Assembly (NCBI RefSeq): GCF_035084215.1
Contig: NW_027138451.1
Span: 248,001-312,000, forward strand
Source: Heptranchias perlo
Taxonomy: Eukaryota
Length of the DNA stretch: 64,000 bases
Direction of reading: 5' to 3'
The notes below the pieces were generated by a model. That model worked only from the letters and a program-made list of their open reading frames with translations, searched no databases and was not told the DNA's origin. Made by a program: the position numbers and the translations under genes. Of this stretch, positions 1 to 11,100 are shown piece after piece; positions within the stretch are counted from its first letter, which is position 1, and the number at the start of each line of letters is the position of its first letter.

Positions 1-29
1 AATCTATCATCATATTTATATTTCCTCAC

Positions 30-250
30 ACGAAGCAGCATCCTAGTCAGTCTGTGTTGTAATATTCTTCCCACAGTGTGGAGCCCAATACTGCACACTG
101 CATTGAAGCTGCATCCTAGTCAGTAGGTGCTGTAATATTCTTCCTATTGTCTGGAGCCCATTACTGCACACGGTCTTGCAGCAGCATCCTAGTCCGTCTG
201 TGTTGTAATATTCTTCCTATAGTGTGGAGCCCAATACTGCACACAGTACT
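30..250. repeat. 73-bp tandem repeat, 3 copies
   Basis: GCATCCTAGTC recurs at 38, 111 and 184. Confidence 0.85.
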
Positions 251-720
251 CTAACTGAGGTCTTATTAAGGTTTTATATCGGCTCATCATCACCTATTGG
301 GTTTTATATTATGTGCCTCTTATAATAAACCTAGAATTCCATTAGCTTTTCCATAGCATTATCAACCTGACGCGCTGCCTTTTATGTCCTGTAAACTCAT
401 ATCCCCAAATCCCTCTGCTCTTCCACAGCACTGTGCCTACTTCCATTCAGAGTATAATTGCTACTCTTGTCTTTATAAAAATGCATCAACTCACAATTAC
501 TGATATTGAATTCCATCTGCCACTTTTCAGTCCATTCCCCCATTTTATTAATATCCCTTTCCAGCTTCCTTTGGCCCTCTAAATAATTAACTATACTCCT
601 ATTTTGGGATCACGTTCAAATTTCGATACCACTTTCTCCAGTCCTAGATTCAGATCATTGGTATACGTGGTGAATGGAAGTGTCCCCAGAACCGAATTCT
701 GTGGGATATCACTACCCAAT
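200..720 (-). mobile_element. Degraded CR1-type LINE ORF2 fragment
   Basis: Reverse strand matches the RT C-terminal region (EYCVQ.W, WQMEFN) seen in other CR1 copies in the window. Confidence 0.65.
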
Positions 721-1015
721 TCCAACCACTCTGAATATAGTGAGCTCTCTGAACCGAATCCTGAGGGATATTAGTACCCACTTCCAACCACTCTGAATAT
801 AGTGAGCTCTCTGTGGGATATCACTACCCACTTCCAACCACTCTGAATATAGTGAGCTCTCTGTGGGATATCACTACCCACTTCCAACCACTCTGCATAT
901 ATTGAGCTCTCTGTGGGATATCACTACCCACTTCCAACCACTCTGAATATAGTGAGCTCTCTGTGGGATATCACTACCCACTTCCTACCACTCTGAATAT
1001 AGTGAGCTCTCTGTT
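699..1015. repeat. 50-bp minisatellite, about 6 copies
   Basis: CTGTGGGATATCACTACCCACTTCCAACCACTCTGAATATAGTGAGCTCT repeats at 811, 861, 911 and 961. Confidence 0.95.
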
Positions 1016-1596
1016 TCCTCTCTTCTAATCTCTTTTAATCCAGTTTACCCTCCTCTCCTTATTTCTATGCTCCATAATCTTGACATAATTTCCACTGTGG
1101 TAACTTGTTAAAGGCATTCTTAAAGTCCATGTATTTTGCAAACTGGATTAATAAAGGTCCAGAGGCCACAGCGCAAACCAAACTGCAGGTCCGGTGCTAT
1201 TAATGCGGCTGATGCGAAGTTTGGGTTTCGTGGTTACCGCGGGGCGGCCGCTCCGTTTGTCACCGTAAAAAATATATAGTAGTAATTATTTGAGAGAGCG
1301 CATTTTTGCTGTTTTCGATGGGTTGAACTGCCATATAAGTGCGGATATTATTCTTAATATAGCATTAAAGTGTCACCAAATTATTACACTGGGAGAAGTA
1401 TGGAAGCACAATCGACGTGGATGCAAAGTTCCCAACAGAGTTCCCATGAAGCGTGTGCTCCATATCTCCACTGATCTCTTCATGTTAATTGGATGAAGAT
1501 TTCACTGGCGTGAGTGACTATGGATATAGGGGACATGATGCAACACATCACAAACCGCGAGCTATACTCACTGCTAATGGTCTCTCCCTCTGCCCT

Positions 1597-1630
1597 ATGC
1601 AAATCAGCTCACGCTCTCGCGATTTATAAG
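1597..1630 (+). promoter_or_regulatory. IgNAR V promoter: octamer ATGCAAAT (1597-1604) and TATA-like TTTATAAG (1623-1630)
   Basis: Perfect Oct1/2 octamer in IgH orientation, 18 bp upstream of a TATA-like box and about 125 bp upstream of the leader ATG. Confidence 0.8.
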
Positions 1631-1723
1631 GACGGTGCTCAGATACACACGGTTACACAGCACAGTCGGTGTTGAGGTCTGGAGTTGGCCCTGTTTAAAG
1701 TGTTCACTGCTGGTGAAGAAACA

Positions 1724-1766
1724 ATGAATATTTTCTGGGTTTCGGTCCTTTTAGCCTCGTTACCGA
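1724..1766 (+). CDS. IgNAR: IgNAR leader exon (MNIFWVSVLLASLP), phase-1 donor GTAAGT
   Basis: Resembles the known IgNAR leader MNIFLLSVLLALLP; GTAAGT at 1767; 140-bp intron ends in tttctccattcAG at 1906. Confidence 0.95.
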
Positions 1767-1906
1767 GTAAGTGCATTTTATTAAAGAGATTAAATATTCC
1801 TTTAATAAAACTGTGTGGCTGCCTCCAAATTGTGGAAATTTCCTTGCTTTTAACTCTTGTATTGTTTCAGAGACGCGATGTATAAAATATATTTTTCTCC
1901 ATTCAG

Positions 1907-2191
1907 ATGCCTTCAGTGGAAGAGTAGTCCAAACACCGACAACGGCAACGAAAGAGGCAGGCGAGTGGCTGACCATCAACTGCGTCTTAACTGATTCTGG
2001 CGCTGCTAAGTTTCATAGCGCAAGATGGTACCGGCAATATCCGGGTACAATAGACAAGGTAGACATATCCATTGGCGGACGATTTGTTGAATCGTTCAAC
2101 TGGGGAGTAAAGTCTTCTCTGCGAATCAACGACCTGACAGTTGAAGACAGCGCCACTTATTACTGCAAAGCTTACTACGGACTTGGTGTAC
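1907..2191 (+). CDS. IgNAR: IgNAR V exon (leader part 2 plus VNAR domain, with a D-like 3' extension)
   Basis: [30 protein letters not shown]...WYR...[10 protein letters not shown]...[25 protein letters not shown]. The short FR2/CDR2-deleted region is diagnostic of VNAR; both canonical Cys and the core Trp are intact. Confidence 0.95.
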
Positions 2192-2229
2192 CACAGTAAT
2201 GAATCTTGGATTCCCGTAACACATAAACT
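2192..2229 (+). other. V 3' recombination signal (22-bp spacer RSS)
   Basis: Heptamer CACAGTA 2192-2198, 22-nt spacer, nonamer ACATAAACT 2221-2229. Confidence 0.9.
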
Positions 2230-2554
2230 GTACCCAAACCTCTTAAAACAAAGTTAATACAGGTTATTCTCCAGGTGGCTAAAAACTTCACGGTTAAATA
2301 CTCACTGTCTCTGTCAAGCATTGGCTAATATATTAAAAACTTTGTCTATTAATTTAGGTGATTGTTGTGTATATGTTATAATCATATTAATAATGGAACT
2401 TTGATATTTCTCCAGGATTGGGATAAGAGACTGAGAATTCTAAACATCTGCTGGGATCCCAATATAAAGGCAATGATTTGAATTATATTTACTGTATCTT
2501 TCAATCAATATCTTGGACTATCTGAAGGGATTTCTGTGACATTTGTAGCAATGG

Positions 2555-2630
2555 ATTTCTTGTGCTGATCTGAAACGATGTGTGGCTGCAGTGACACACT
2601 GACACAGTGACTCGGGCCACGGCACAAACC
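2555..2630 (+). other. Single D segment TGGCTGCAGTGACACACTGA (2583-2602) flanked by 12-RSS on both sides
   Basis: 5' side: nonamer ATTTCTTGT 2555-2563, 12 nt, heptamer CGATGTG 2576-2582 (degenerate). 3' side: CACAGTG 2603-2609, 12 nt, GCACAAACC 2622-2630. Confidence 0.85.
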
Positions 2631-2943
2631 TCTCCAACAGTTATTTGTTTTACTACTCGTGAAGATGACTGCTTAATGTGCTTTCTTCCTTATGGTTGTT
2701 ACTTCATAAAGTTTGAAATCAATTCCAATTCGATCTTTGGTGATAATCTAGCTGAATTCCATGATATTAAATCAAGGGATTATCTTTTTCAGTGCTACAG
2801 GAGTTCGCATTGCACATTGTAAATATCTGGTTCGACAGAAACTGACGGAAAATTAAGATAGGTTAATGACTGCAGTGTATTGGAAAGGTCATTGCATCCG
2901 TGTTGTTTTGGTGTATTTATTACCGCACCTTAATTTCAATGAC

Positions 2944-2982
2944 CCTTTTTGAAGGAGGCTGACTGGGAGCTGAAAGACTGTG
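2944..2982 (-). other. J 5' recombination signal (23-bp spacer RSS)
   Basis: Nonamer CCTTTTTGA 2944-2952, 23-nt spacer, heptamer GACTGTG 2976-2982. Confidence 0.85.
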
Positions 2983-3039
2983 GCATTTACGGTTACTGTT
3001 CCTCTATTGGAACTGGCACCGTGCTGACTGTGAACTCTG
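2983..3039 (+). CDS. IgNAR: IgNAR J segment (IYGYCSSIGTGTVLTVNS)
   Basis: G-x-G-T-V-L-T-V-N motif typical of IgNAR J; phase-1 donor GTAAGT at 3040. Confidence 0.95.
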
Positions 3040-3711
3040 GTAAGTGACCTCTCTTGCTACTTTATCAATAAGATTTTGTTCAGAGAAGATATGAAGAATT
3101 AGCATTCTCGTTAAAATGCTCTTAAGTGCACAGGGCAATAGCCGAAACTGTTTTTGGAGGTTCGGTTAGCTTCGCTGTCAGTTTATTTGGTTTAAACTTA
3201 ATAATCTTTTTCAAAAGTGATTATGCTCGAGAATAAAACGAACCTATGTTTAAATATATAACAATCCTGTATTTAAATACATAACGAACCTCAAAACAAG
3301 CCTGTTTACCACCTATGGATCATTTAAGATGCTGATTTATATAGTTATGAATCTCGCCGGTGTGATAGTTTAAACAGTTAAAACACACCCAGCCTAGTGC
3401 TGTTATTCTCCTTAGTGAGGCGGCGCAGCATATCCCTAATATACATTATTTCTGATTCGAAGAATTAATAACATTCTGTGGCGAGGAAAGTTTGCTGCAA
3501 ACAAGGAATTAATTCAACGTGTAATTTTATGAAATATTGAGTACGAATTACTTTCCCCCTCTAAAATCACCCCTTATTCAATTAAAAAAAAACTGTTAAA
3601 TTAATACCGGTACCGAACCTTCGAATATATTGTCCATTCGAATCTTGACATTTGTGACCCTGGATTAACGGCGCATGCGTCACAGTGACCCAGACAGAAA
3701 ACAAAATGATT

Positions 3712-3993
3712 GGGGGTGAAATTGGTCTGATCGAGGAGCGCGGAACGGGCGATAGCAAATCGGCCGCCCGTATACACCGCGTCAGATTTTCCTTTATATT
3801 GACTTGGAAAATATTCGGAATTTTCTTCCGATCAAACCAAGTAAAACGGACAGTGAAACTATCCGAATCTCCAAAAGAGCTCGAACTATCGTTCTGTCAA
3901 ATTCAGTGGAAATAAGGCCTGGCGGGGTGTAAAACAGGCCGCCGATTCGCAAGGATCCCGTGTCGCGTTACTGGCGTAGGACAATTTCATCTC
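3712..3993. mobile_element. Possible MITE with short terminal inverted repeats
   Basis: GGGGGTGAAATTG ... CAATTTCATCTCC bound a CpG-rich segment. Confidence 0.4.
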
Positions 3994-4171
3994 CTATACT
4001 GTAGGTCTGTGGGAGGCCTGTTTCCATGGAAGCCAGTCTCCTGGACAGTCGCATTTCGGACAACAGAAACACTCTGTGTTTAAGATTGTGCCGAGTAGCA
4101 GAGAACATTGAAATTGCGGTGGGTTTGAGTGTGAGAAGTGAAATTCTCTTTTAATGTCTGTGTACAGAAAT

Positions 4172-4287
4172 AAATGTAAGGAGTCTTACAACACCAGGTT
4201 ATCGTCCAAAAGCTGTTGGACTATAACCTGGTGTTGTAAGACTCTTTACATTTGTCCACCTCAGTCTATCACCGGCATCTGCACATT
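4172..4287 (-). mobile_element. Short palindromic Penelope-like element remnant
   Basis: Hairpin AAATGTAAGGAGTCTTACAACACCAGGTTAT...ATAACCTGGTGTTGTAAGACTCTTTACATTT; same family as 54868-55066; flanked by AGAAATAAA direct repeats. Confidence 0.65.
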
Positions 4288-4799
4288 ATAGAAATAAAGT
4301 AAACATTATTGTATGCCTCGTGGAGAATCGTGAAGTCTTTGACTCACTGTTTATACATTTTACTGTCCGTTTCCTTATTTAATTTGAAGAAACAATGTGA
4401 TTGTTTGGAGCCTGAGTGTTGGTCTGATAGACTGGATATTCAGTCAGCATTTCAAAGAGAGGAGAATCCCAGAGCTGATGTGCAGAGTAAGGGGGATGTT
4501 TTTTGCCATTCCATGGTCCGGATATCGCTTGCCTGGAGATTGGACAGGTTAAGCGTCGGTGCAGATGATGGGAGGGGCGGGTCCGCATACCTGGGTACCA
4601 AGCGACACTGAATCCGAGAAAATATGTCCCTAAAAATCATAAAACATTGAAGTCGATCTACATAATTCCATTAAATACCCCCTGGTCAGGTACAATATGG
4701 GTTAGGTAGAAAAGAAGAATGTGTTTGCATTTATAAACGCATCTTCCATGACCTCGCGACGTTCCAAAGCGCTTTACAGCCAATGAATTTGTCGAGCAA

Positions 4800-5750
4800 A
4801 TCCCCCTCTACACTGTGTCATACAACACTCCCAGTTCAGGAGCACTAGGGGTCAGATAGAGGGTACAGCTCCCGCTACACTGTCCCACCAAACACTCCCA
4901 ATGCAAGTACAGCACAGGATAGATACAGGGTAAAGCTCGCTCGAGAATGTCCCGTCAAACACTCCCAGTTCAAGAGCAGTAGGGGTGAGACAGAGGATAC
5001 AGCTGCCTCGCCACTGTCATACATCACTCCCAGTTCAAGAGCAGTAGGGGTTAGACAGAGGGCACAGCTTCCTCTACACTGTGTCATACAACACTCCCAG
5101 TTCAGGAGCACTAGGGGTTAGATAGAGGGTACAGCTCCCGCTATACTGTCCCACCAAACACTCCCAGTGCAAGTACAGCACAGGATAGATACAGGGTAAA
5201 GCTCGCTCGAGAATTTCCCGTCAAACACTCCCAGTTCAAGAACAGTAGGCGTTAGACAGACGGTACAGCTTCCTCTACACTGTGTCATGCAACAATCCCA
5301 GTGCAAGTACAGCACAGGATAGATACACAGTAAAGCTCCCTCTACGCTGTTAAAACAAACGGTCAGAGGGCAGGTACAGCACGGGGTTAGATCCAGAATA
5401 AACGTCCATCTACACTGTCCCATCAAACACTCCCACCGCAGGTACACGGTTAGATATAGAGCAAAGCTCCCTCCACAATGTCTATCAAATACTCCCAGGT
5501 CAGGTACAGCAAGGGTAAGATACAGAGTTACGCTCCCTCTCCGCTGTCCCATCAAACAATCCTAGAGCAGGTACAGCTCGGGTTAGATACAGAGGAAAGC
5601 TCCCTCTACACTGTCCCATCAAACACTCCCAGAGCAGGTACTGCACGGGTTCGATACAGAGTTGCGGTCCCTCGACAGTCTCCCATCAAACACTCCCAGG
5701 GCAGGTACAGCTCCGGTTAGATAGAGGGTAAAGCTGCTCTACACTCTATC
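4800..5750. repeat. About 68-bp minisatellite in the J-C1 intron
   Basis: Consensus CTCTACACTGTCCCATCAAACACTCCCAG...GTACAGCACGGGTTAGATACAGAGTAAAGCTCC, about 14 diverged copies. Confidence 0.9.
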
Positions 5751-6644
5751 CATAGGAGAAGGTAGATTACCAACCTTACCGGATACCAGAGCAGATTACC
5801 TGAATGGCCCCTGACATGGAACCTGAGAAAATGTCCAGCATAAAGCTCCCAAAATGTGGCAGTCAGTAACATTGGAGAATAGTGTGTTTGAACGGGAGCA
5901 ACGAGATGCAGATTGTACTAGAAACACTGGTGAAGCGAAAAGTTTCATCACAGACATAGAACACGGCACTTATCGAAAGGAAAAACCTTCTAAGAACAGA
6001 AGAATGTGCGCGGGCAGAAACTCCGATTGGTTCCTTTGCACGAATCCACGCAAATTGTTCTCCCATGAATTCCCTCCGAAAACAACTGATACTCCCCAGT
6101 TTAAATAATCCTAAATCTTGCAACTTTCTCTTCCGAAATCACAAGACCATCCACTTAATATGTACGTTCCACTAAACCAGATGTCAACTGGTTTATTAAA
6201 AACGGGTTAACCCCTCTCGTAGGATAGTCAAGCGTTAACCGTGGTTCCCTGAGACGGCCAACAGTGATTTTTAGGGTTAATTTCCTTCCTTGCCTCCTCT
6301 GAGCGAAAACAAGGAATGAAGCAATAGTATTAATATCTCTGTCAATGGTATTCACTTCACCACTATCATTGGGAGATCTTTTGATATAATCACCCAATTC
6401 ACGCAAAGATTGCAAATTTAGTACTTGCATTCTGTCGCCGTTGTTCAGATAAATAACTTGTTCACTTCCACCTCGTAGTTTCGTTAATTCATCTTACATT
6501 GTTTCAAAGATGTGTATCATTGTTTTAGTTTTGTAAAGCATCTGAAGTTGTCCTTTGAGATGTATCTCTTTCTCTCTGACTTATCCATTTTTTCAGCAGC
6601 CATTATTTTCCAGGCTCTTGTAGGAATCCAGCCCAACCCTGCCA

Positions 6645-7740
6645 ATCATAGAATCATAGAATGATACAGCACAAAAGGAGGCCATTCGGCCCATCGGTCG
6701 TGTGCCGGATCTTTAAAGCTAGCCAATTAGTCCCACTCCCCTATTCTTTCCCTACAGAACTGCAAATGCTTTCACTGCAATTCATGATCGAATTCCCTTT
6801 TGAAAGTTATTATTGAATCTGCTTCTAACACCCTTTAAGGCAATGCATTCCAGATCTTTGAAATTCTCTGCTTAAAAAAAAATCTCCTCATCTCGCCTCC
6901 AGTTGCTTTGCCAATGACCTTAAATCTGTGTCCGCTGGTTACCGATCCGCCTGCCACTGGAAACAGTGTTTCCTTATTTACCCTTTCGAAACCTTTCATG
7001 ATTTTCAACACCTCGATTAAATATCCCCTTAACCTTCTCTGCTCTAATGAGAACAACCCGAGCTTCTCTAGTTTCTCCACGTAACTGAAATCCCGCATCC
7101 CTGGTACCTGGTAAATCTCCTTTGCACCCTCTCTAAAGCTTTGATATCCATCTTAAAGTGTGGTGCCCAGAACTCGACACAATACTCCAGCTGGGGCCTA
7201 AGCAGTGATTTCTGAAGGTTTAACATAACTTCCTTGCTTTTGTACTCTATGCCTCTATTAATAAAGCCCGGGATCCCGTATGCTTGTTTAACAACCTACT
7301 TAACTTCGCGTGCGACCTTCGAAGATTTGTGTGTATATACCCCGAGGTATCTCTGTTCCTGCACCCCCGTTAATATTGTACCAGTTTGTGTATGTTGTCT
7401 CTCCTCATTCTTCCTACCAAAATGCATCACTTCCAACTCACTGCGCTAAATGTCATTCGCCATGTGTTTGCCCATTTCATCAGTCCGTCTATGTCCTCCT
7501 AAAGTCTGTTAATATCCTCCACATTGATTTCTACATTTCCGAGCTTCGTGTCATCTTCGTGTCATCCAGGTCATTAATATATATCACAAAGAGCAGTGCT
7601 CCTAATACCGACCCCTGGAGAACACCACTGTATACTTCCCTCCAGTCTGAAAAACAACCGCTTACCGCTGCTCTCTGCTTTCTGTCACTTAGCCAATTTC
7701 GTATCTAGGCAGCCACTGCCCCTTTAATTCGATGGGCTTC
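6645..7740 (-). mobile_element. 5'-truncated CR1 LINE (RT C-terminus plus 3' tail)
   Basis: ORF LEKLGLFSLEQRRLRGYLIEVLKIMKG...WNALP; (ATCATAGA)n tail at 6645. Confidence 0.9.
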
Positions 7741-8129
7741 AGTTGTGTTATGCTATGTTCCTTGCACATTGAAAATATATCTATTTGATTGTATATCTCA
7801 CTATAAGACATTCAGAGCGAGAAACCTCTCTGGCCCGTTGCACTTATTGCGAATTTGGGTCGACGCTTCGGAATGATTCATCATCTATTCATTTTAGTCA
7901 TTGGCAAATTTTGAGGAACACATTCCAGAATGGCTGGAGCCTGATTTTAATAAATTAGCCCCAGCCTTCTAATCTTCAAGTGAAAACAATGTGTTCTGTA
8001 TCTCGCTATGCTTCTTTCCAACCAACGTGAAACGGCCCTCTCCCAGCCGTTGGTTTATAAGTCCATTGACATTTGGATTGAGGGATTTTGAAAATGTTAT
8101 TGAGGAAGTTGTGGAGAAGATTTTTCGGA

Positions 8130-11100
8130 AGTTCCTTGGATAAGTATAAATACTAAAGAGTAAAGTTAAAAATTGGAACCAACTAACCTAAGGATGGGAT
8201 TAGATTAGTGATGTAAAAGGGAATCTTCTCCAGAAAGGTGAATGAATCGCAGATGTTAGACAAGGACTTAGTCTCGGTTTCTACAGAAAAGTGTGTCCGT
8301 GGGAATGGAAGTGTAGAGCGGGAGAGTGAGGTGCAATTAGATTGAATAACTAGAGATAAGTAAGGAGTGCTGAGAAGATTGTTGGAACTCATTCTATCCT
8401 CGAATGTTGAGAACAGACAAAAAGCAAATAGCAGATGCTCGGCCCACGAATATTCAAACATCCTAGGATGTGGAATTTGTGCCAGAGGACCGAGGTAAAA
8501 TCTTTCTCAAAGAAGGGGAAAGGTTTACATAGGGTAAACGCGGGGCCGTCGGCTTACCGTCAGTGCTGGATCATCTTCTAGAGTCATATTACTGGAGAAA
8601 ATTAACATTCACTTACAGAGGCATTGTTTCATTAAAGACAGCTAGCACGGATTTGTAGAAGGCAAGTTCTCCCTGATAAATTTAGTTTGACAGGTCTTCG
8701 AAGAACTCTACTCATTCCCATGTTTAATTCTGGTCACTGCACCCCAGGAAAGTTAGATTGGCCTTGGAGTGGGTCGACCGCAGATTCACCAGAATAATAC
8801 ATGGGACAAAAGGGTTAAAATATGAGGCAAGATTGAATGGATCAGGATTGTATTCCCTTTATTATAGAAGATTAATGGGTGATCAAATTAATGTGTTTAA
8901 GATGACAAAATCATTTAACAGGGTAGATAGAGAGAAACTATTGACTTTGTTGGGGGAATGCAGAACAAGAAGGCATAACCTTAAAATTAATGCTATGTCG
9001 TGTCAGGTGGTTGAAACGATACCAAATAATGGGTTTGTTAATCAAGTAAAGTTGTTCATTTTCAATATTCGCAAAGGACTTTGCAGAGGAAGCACAACAT
9101 TACATTATCAAGGAATATAAAAAAGGAACAGTAAAGTATTCTACAGACACATAAATAATCAAAGGACAGAGTTAGGGCCACAAAGGGAAGCACAAGATAA
9201 ACTCGCAGGTAATGGGCAGCGACATGGCAGAAATATTGAATAGTTACTTTGCCTCAGTATTTACCAGGGAGAATAATAAGGTGGGCAGAATATTAGAAGA
9301 AAAGATTTTTAAAAACATAAGACTTTTAAGATAGAAAATGGGGGAGATAATTGATCAACTAAGCAAGCATGGAGAGGATCAAACCCCTGAACCGTATGGA
9401 TTTCATCGGCTCATAATAAAAGAAGCTAGGGAGGAGATAGCAGAGGCACCATTAGATATATCTAAAAATTCATTAGAAAGGGGAATAGTGCCACAAGACT
9501 GGTGGACAGCTAATGTGAAAACTATATTTTAAAAAGGAGATCAGAACAAGTCCAGGGAATTATAGACCAGTTAGCCTAACGTCGGTGTTAGGAAAGATAA
9601 TGGAATCTTTGCTCAAAGATGTAATAGAAAAACATCTAGAAAGCGAAAATAAAATAAAGAATAGTCAGAAAGCAAAGCTATGCTTGACCAACCTTACTGA
9701 ATGCTTTGACGAAGTAACAGGAAGGTTAGACAAGGGTAATTTAGTAGATGGAATATGTTTGGATTTTCAAAAGACATTCGATAATGTAGCACATTGTAGA
9801 TTCATGACTAATGTTAGAGCATGTGGAGTCAGGGGACAGGTAGCAGAATGGATAGCAAGCTGGCTACAAAATAGAACACAGAGAGATTGGTTCAAGGGTA
9901 GCTGCTCAGAATGGGAGAATTTGGGAAGTGGCTTTTCACAGGGATCAGTGCTCGGGCCACAGTTGCTGACAATTTATATTAACAATTTGGACTGGGAATC
10001 GGGGTGTGTGGTTCATACAAACGTAGAATATGTCAGGTTGCAAGAAGACATTATTAAACTTGAAGAATGGGCGTGTCATTGGCAAATTAATTTCAATATA
10101 TGTAAGTGTGAGGTGGTGCATTTTGTTTCGGAGAATAAGGAGGACACATACTGCTTGGATAATAAGAGTTAACATGGGGTAGAGGAGAAAAGGGATCTCG
10201 GGGTATAGCTATACAAATCAGTAAAAGAGGCGACGCATGTTAATAAGGCCATAAAAAGGCAAACAAAGCAATGATTTTCATTTCTAGAGGAATAGAATTG
10301 AAAAGGAGTGACGTTTTGTTAAACTTGTATAGAATCTGGCTTTTACCACACTTGGAGTACAGTGCACAGTTGTGATTTCAATATTATAAAAAGATACAGA
10401 GGCATTGAAGAAGGTGTAAAAAAGATTCAAAAGGATGATACCAGAACTGAGAGAATATACCTGTCGGGAAAGATTGAACAGGCTGGGGCTGTTTTTTTCT
10501 GGTAAAGAGAAGGTTCAGGGGTGACCTGATTGAGATATTTAAGATAATGAAAGGGTTTGATAGGGTAGACGTGGAGAAAATGTTTCCACTTGTGGGGGAG
10601 TCCAAAATTAGACATCATAAATATAAGGTATCCAGTGGGGAATTCAGGAGAAACTTCACTCCCCGATGAGTGGTAAGACTGTGGAATGCGCTAACATAAG
10701 GAGTATTTGAGGTAAATAGCATCGCTGCATTTAAAGGGAGACTAAATAAATACACGAGGGAGAAAGGAATAGAAGGATATGCTGATGGGGTGAGATGAAG
10801 TGGGGAGGGAGGAGGCTCATGTGGAGCATAAATTCCGACATAGACATGTTGGGCTGAATGGCCTGTTTCTCTGCTGTATTCTCGATATAACTGGATGATT
10901 TGAGCAACCTCAGACAGTTTAGTTGATTGGGCAGGTCGATACCAGATAACACGCAACATGGAGAATATAAAGTGATAAATTTGGAGAGGAAGAATGTAAG
11001 AAAATATTCACTAAATTGCAACACTTTCAAAGTAGAAGAAGAACAGAGAGACATAGAGCTTCAGATTGATAGATCTTTAAATGTAGGAGGCTGTGTCAGC

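Noticed and set aside
2230-2943. Additional D segments (CACTGTC near 2303, CACATTG near 2813)
   Set aside because: Neither has a correctly spaced nonamer or a partner RSS.
1907-3039. NAR-TCR variable module (V-D-J with a single D)
   Set aside because: J is followed by IgNAR C1-C5, a secretory tail and Ig TM exons. No supporting TCR-delta V or TCR constant exon is present.
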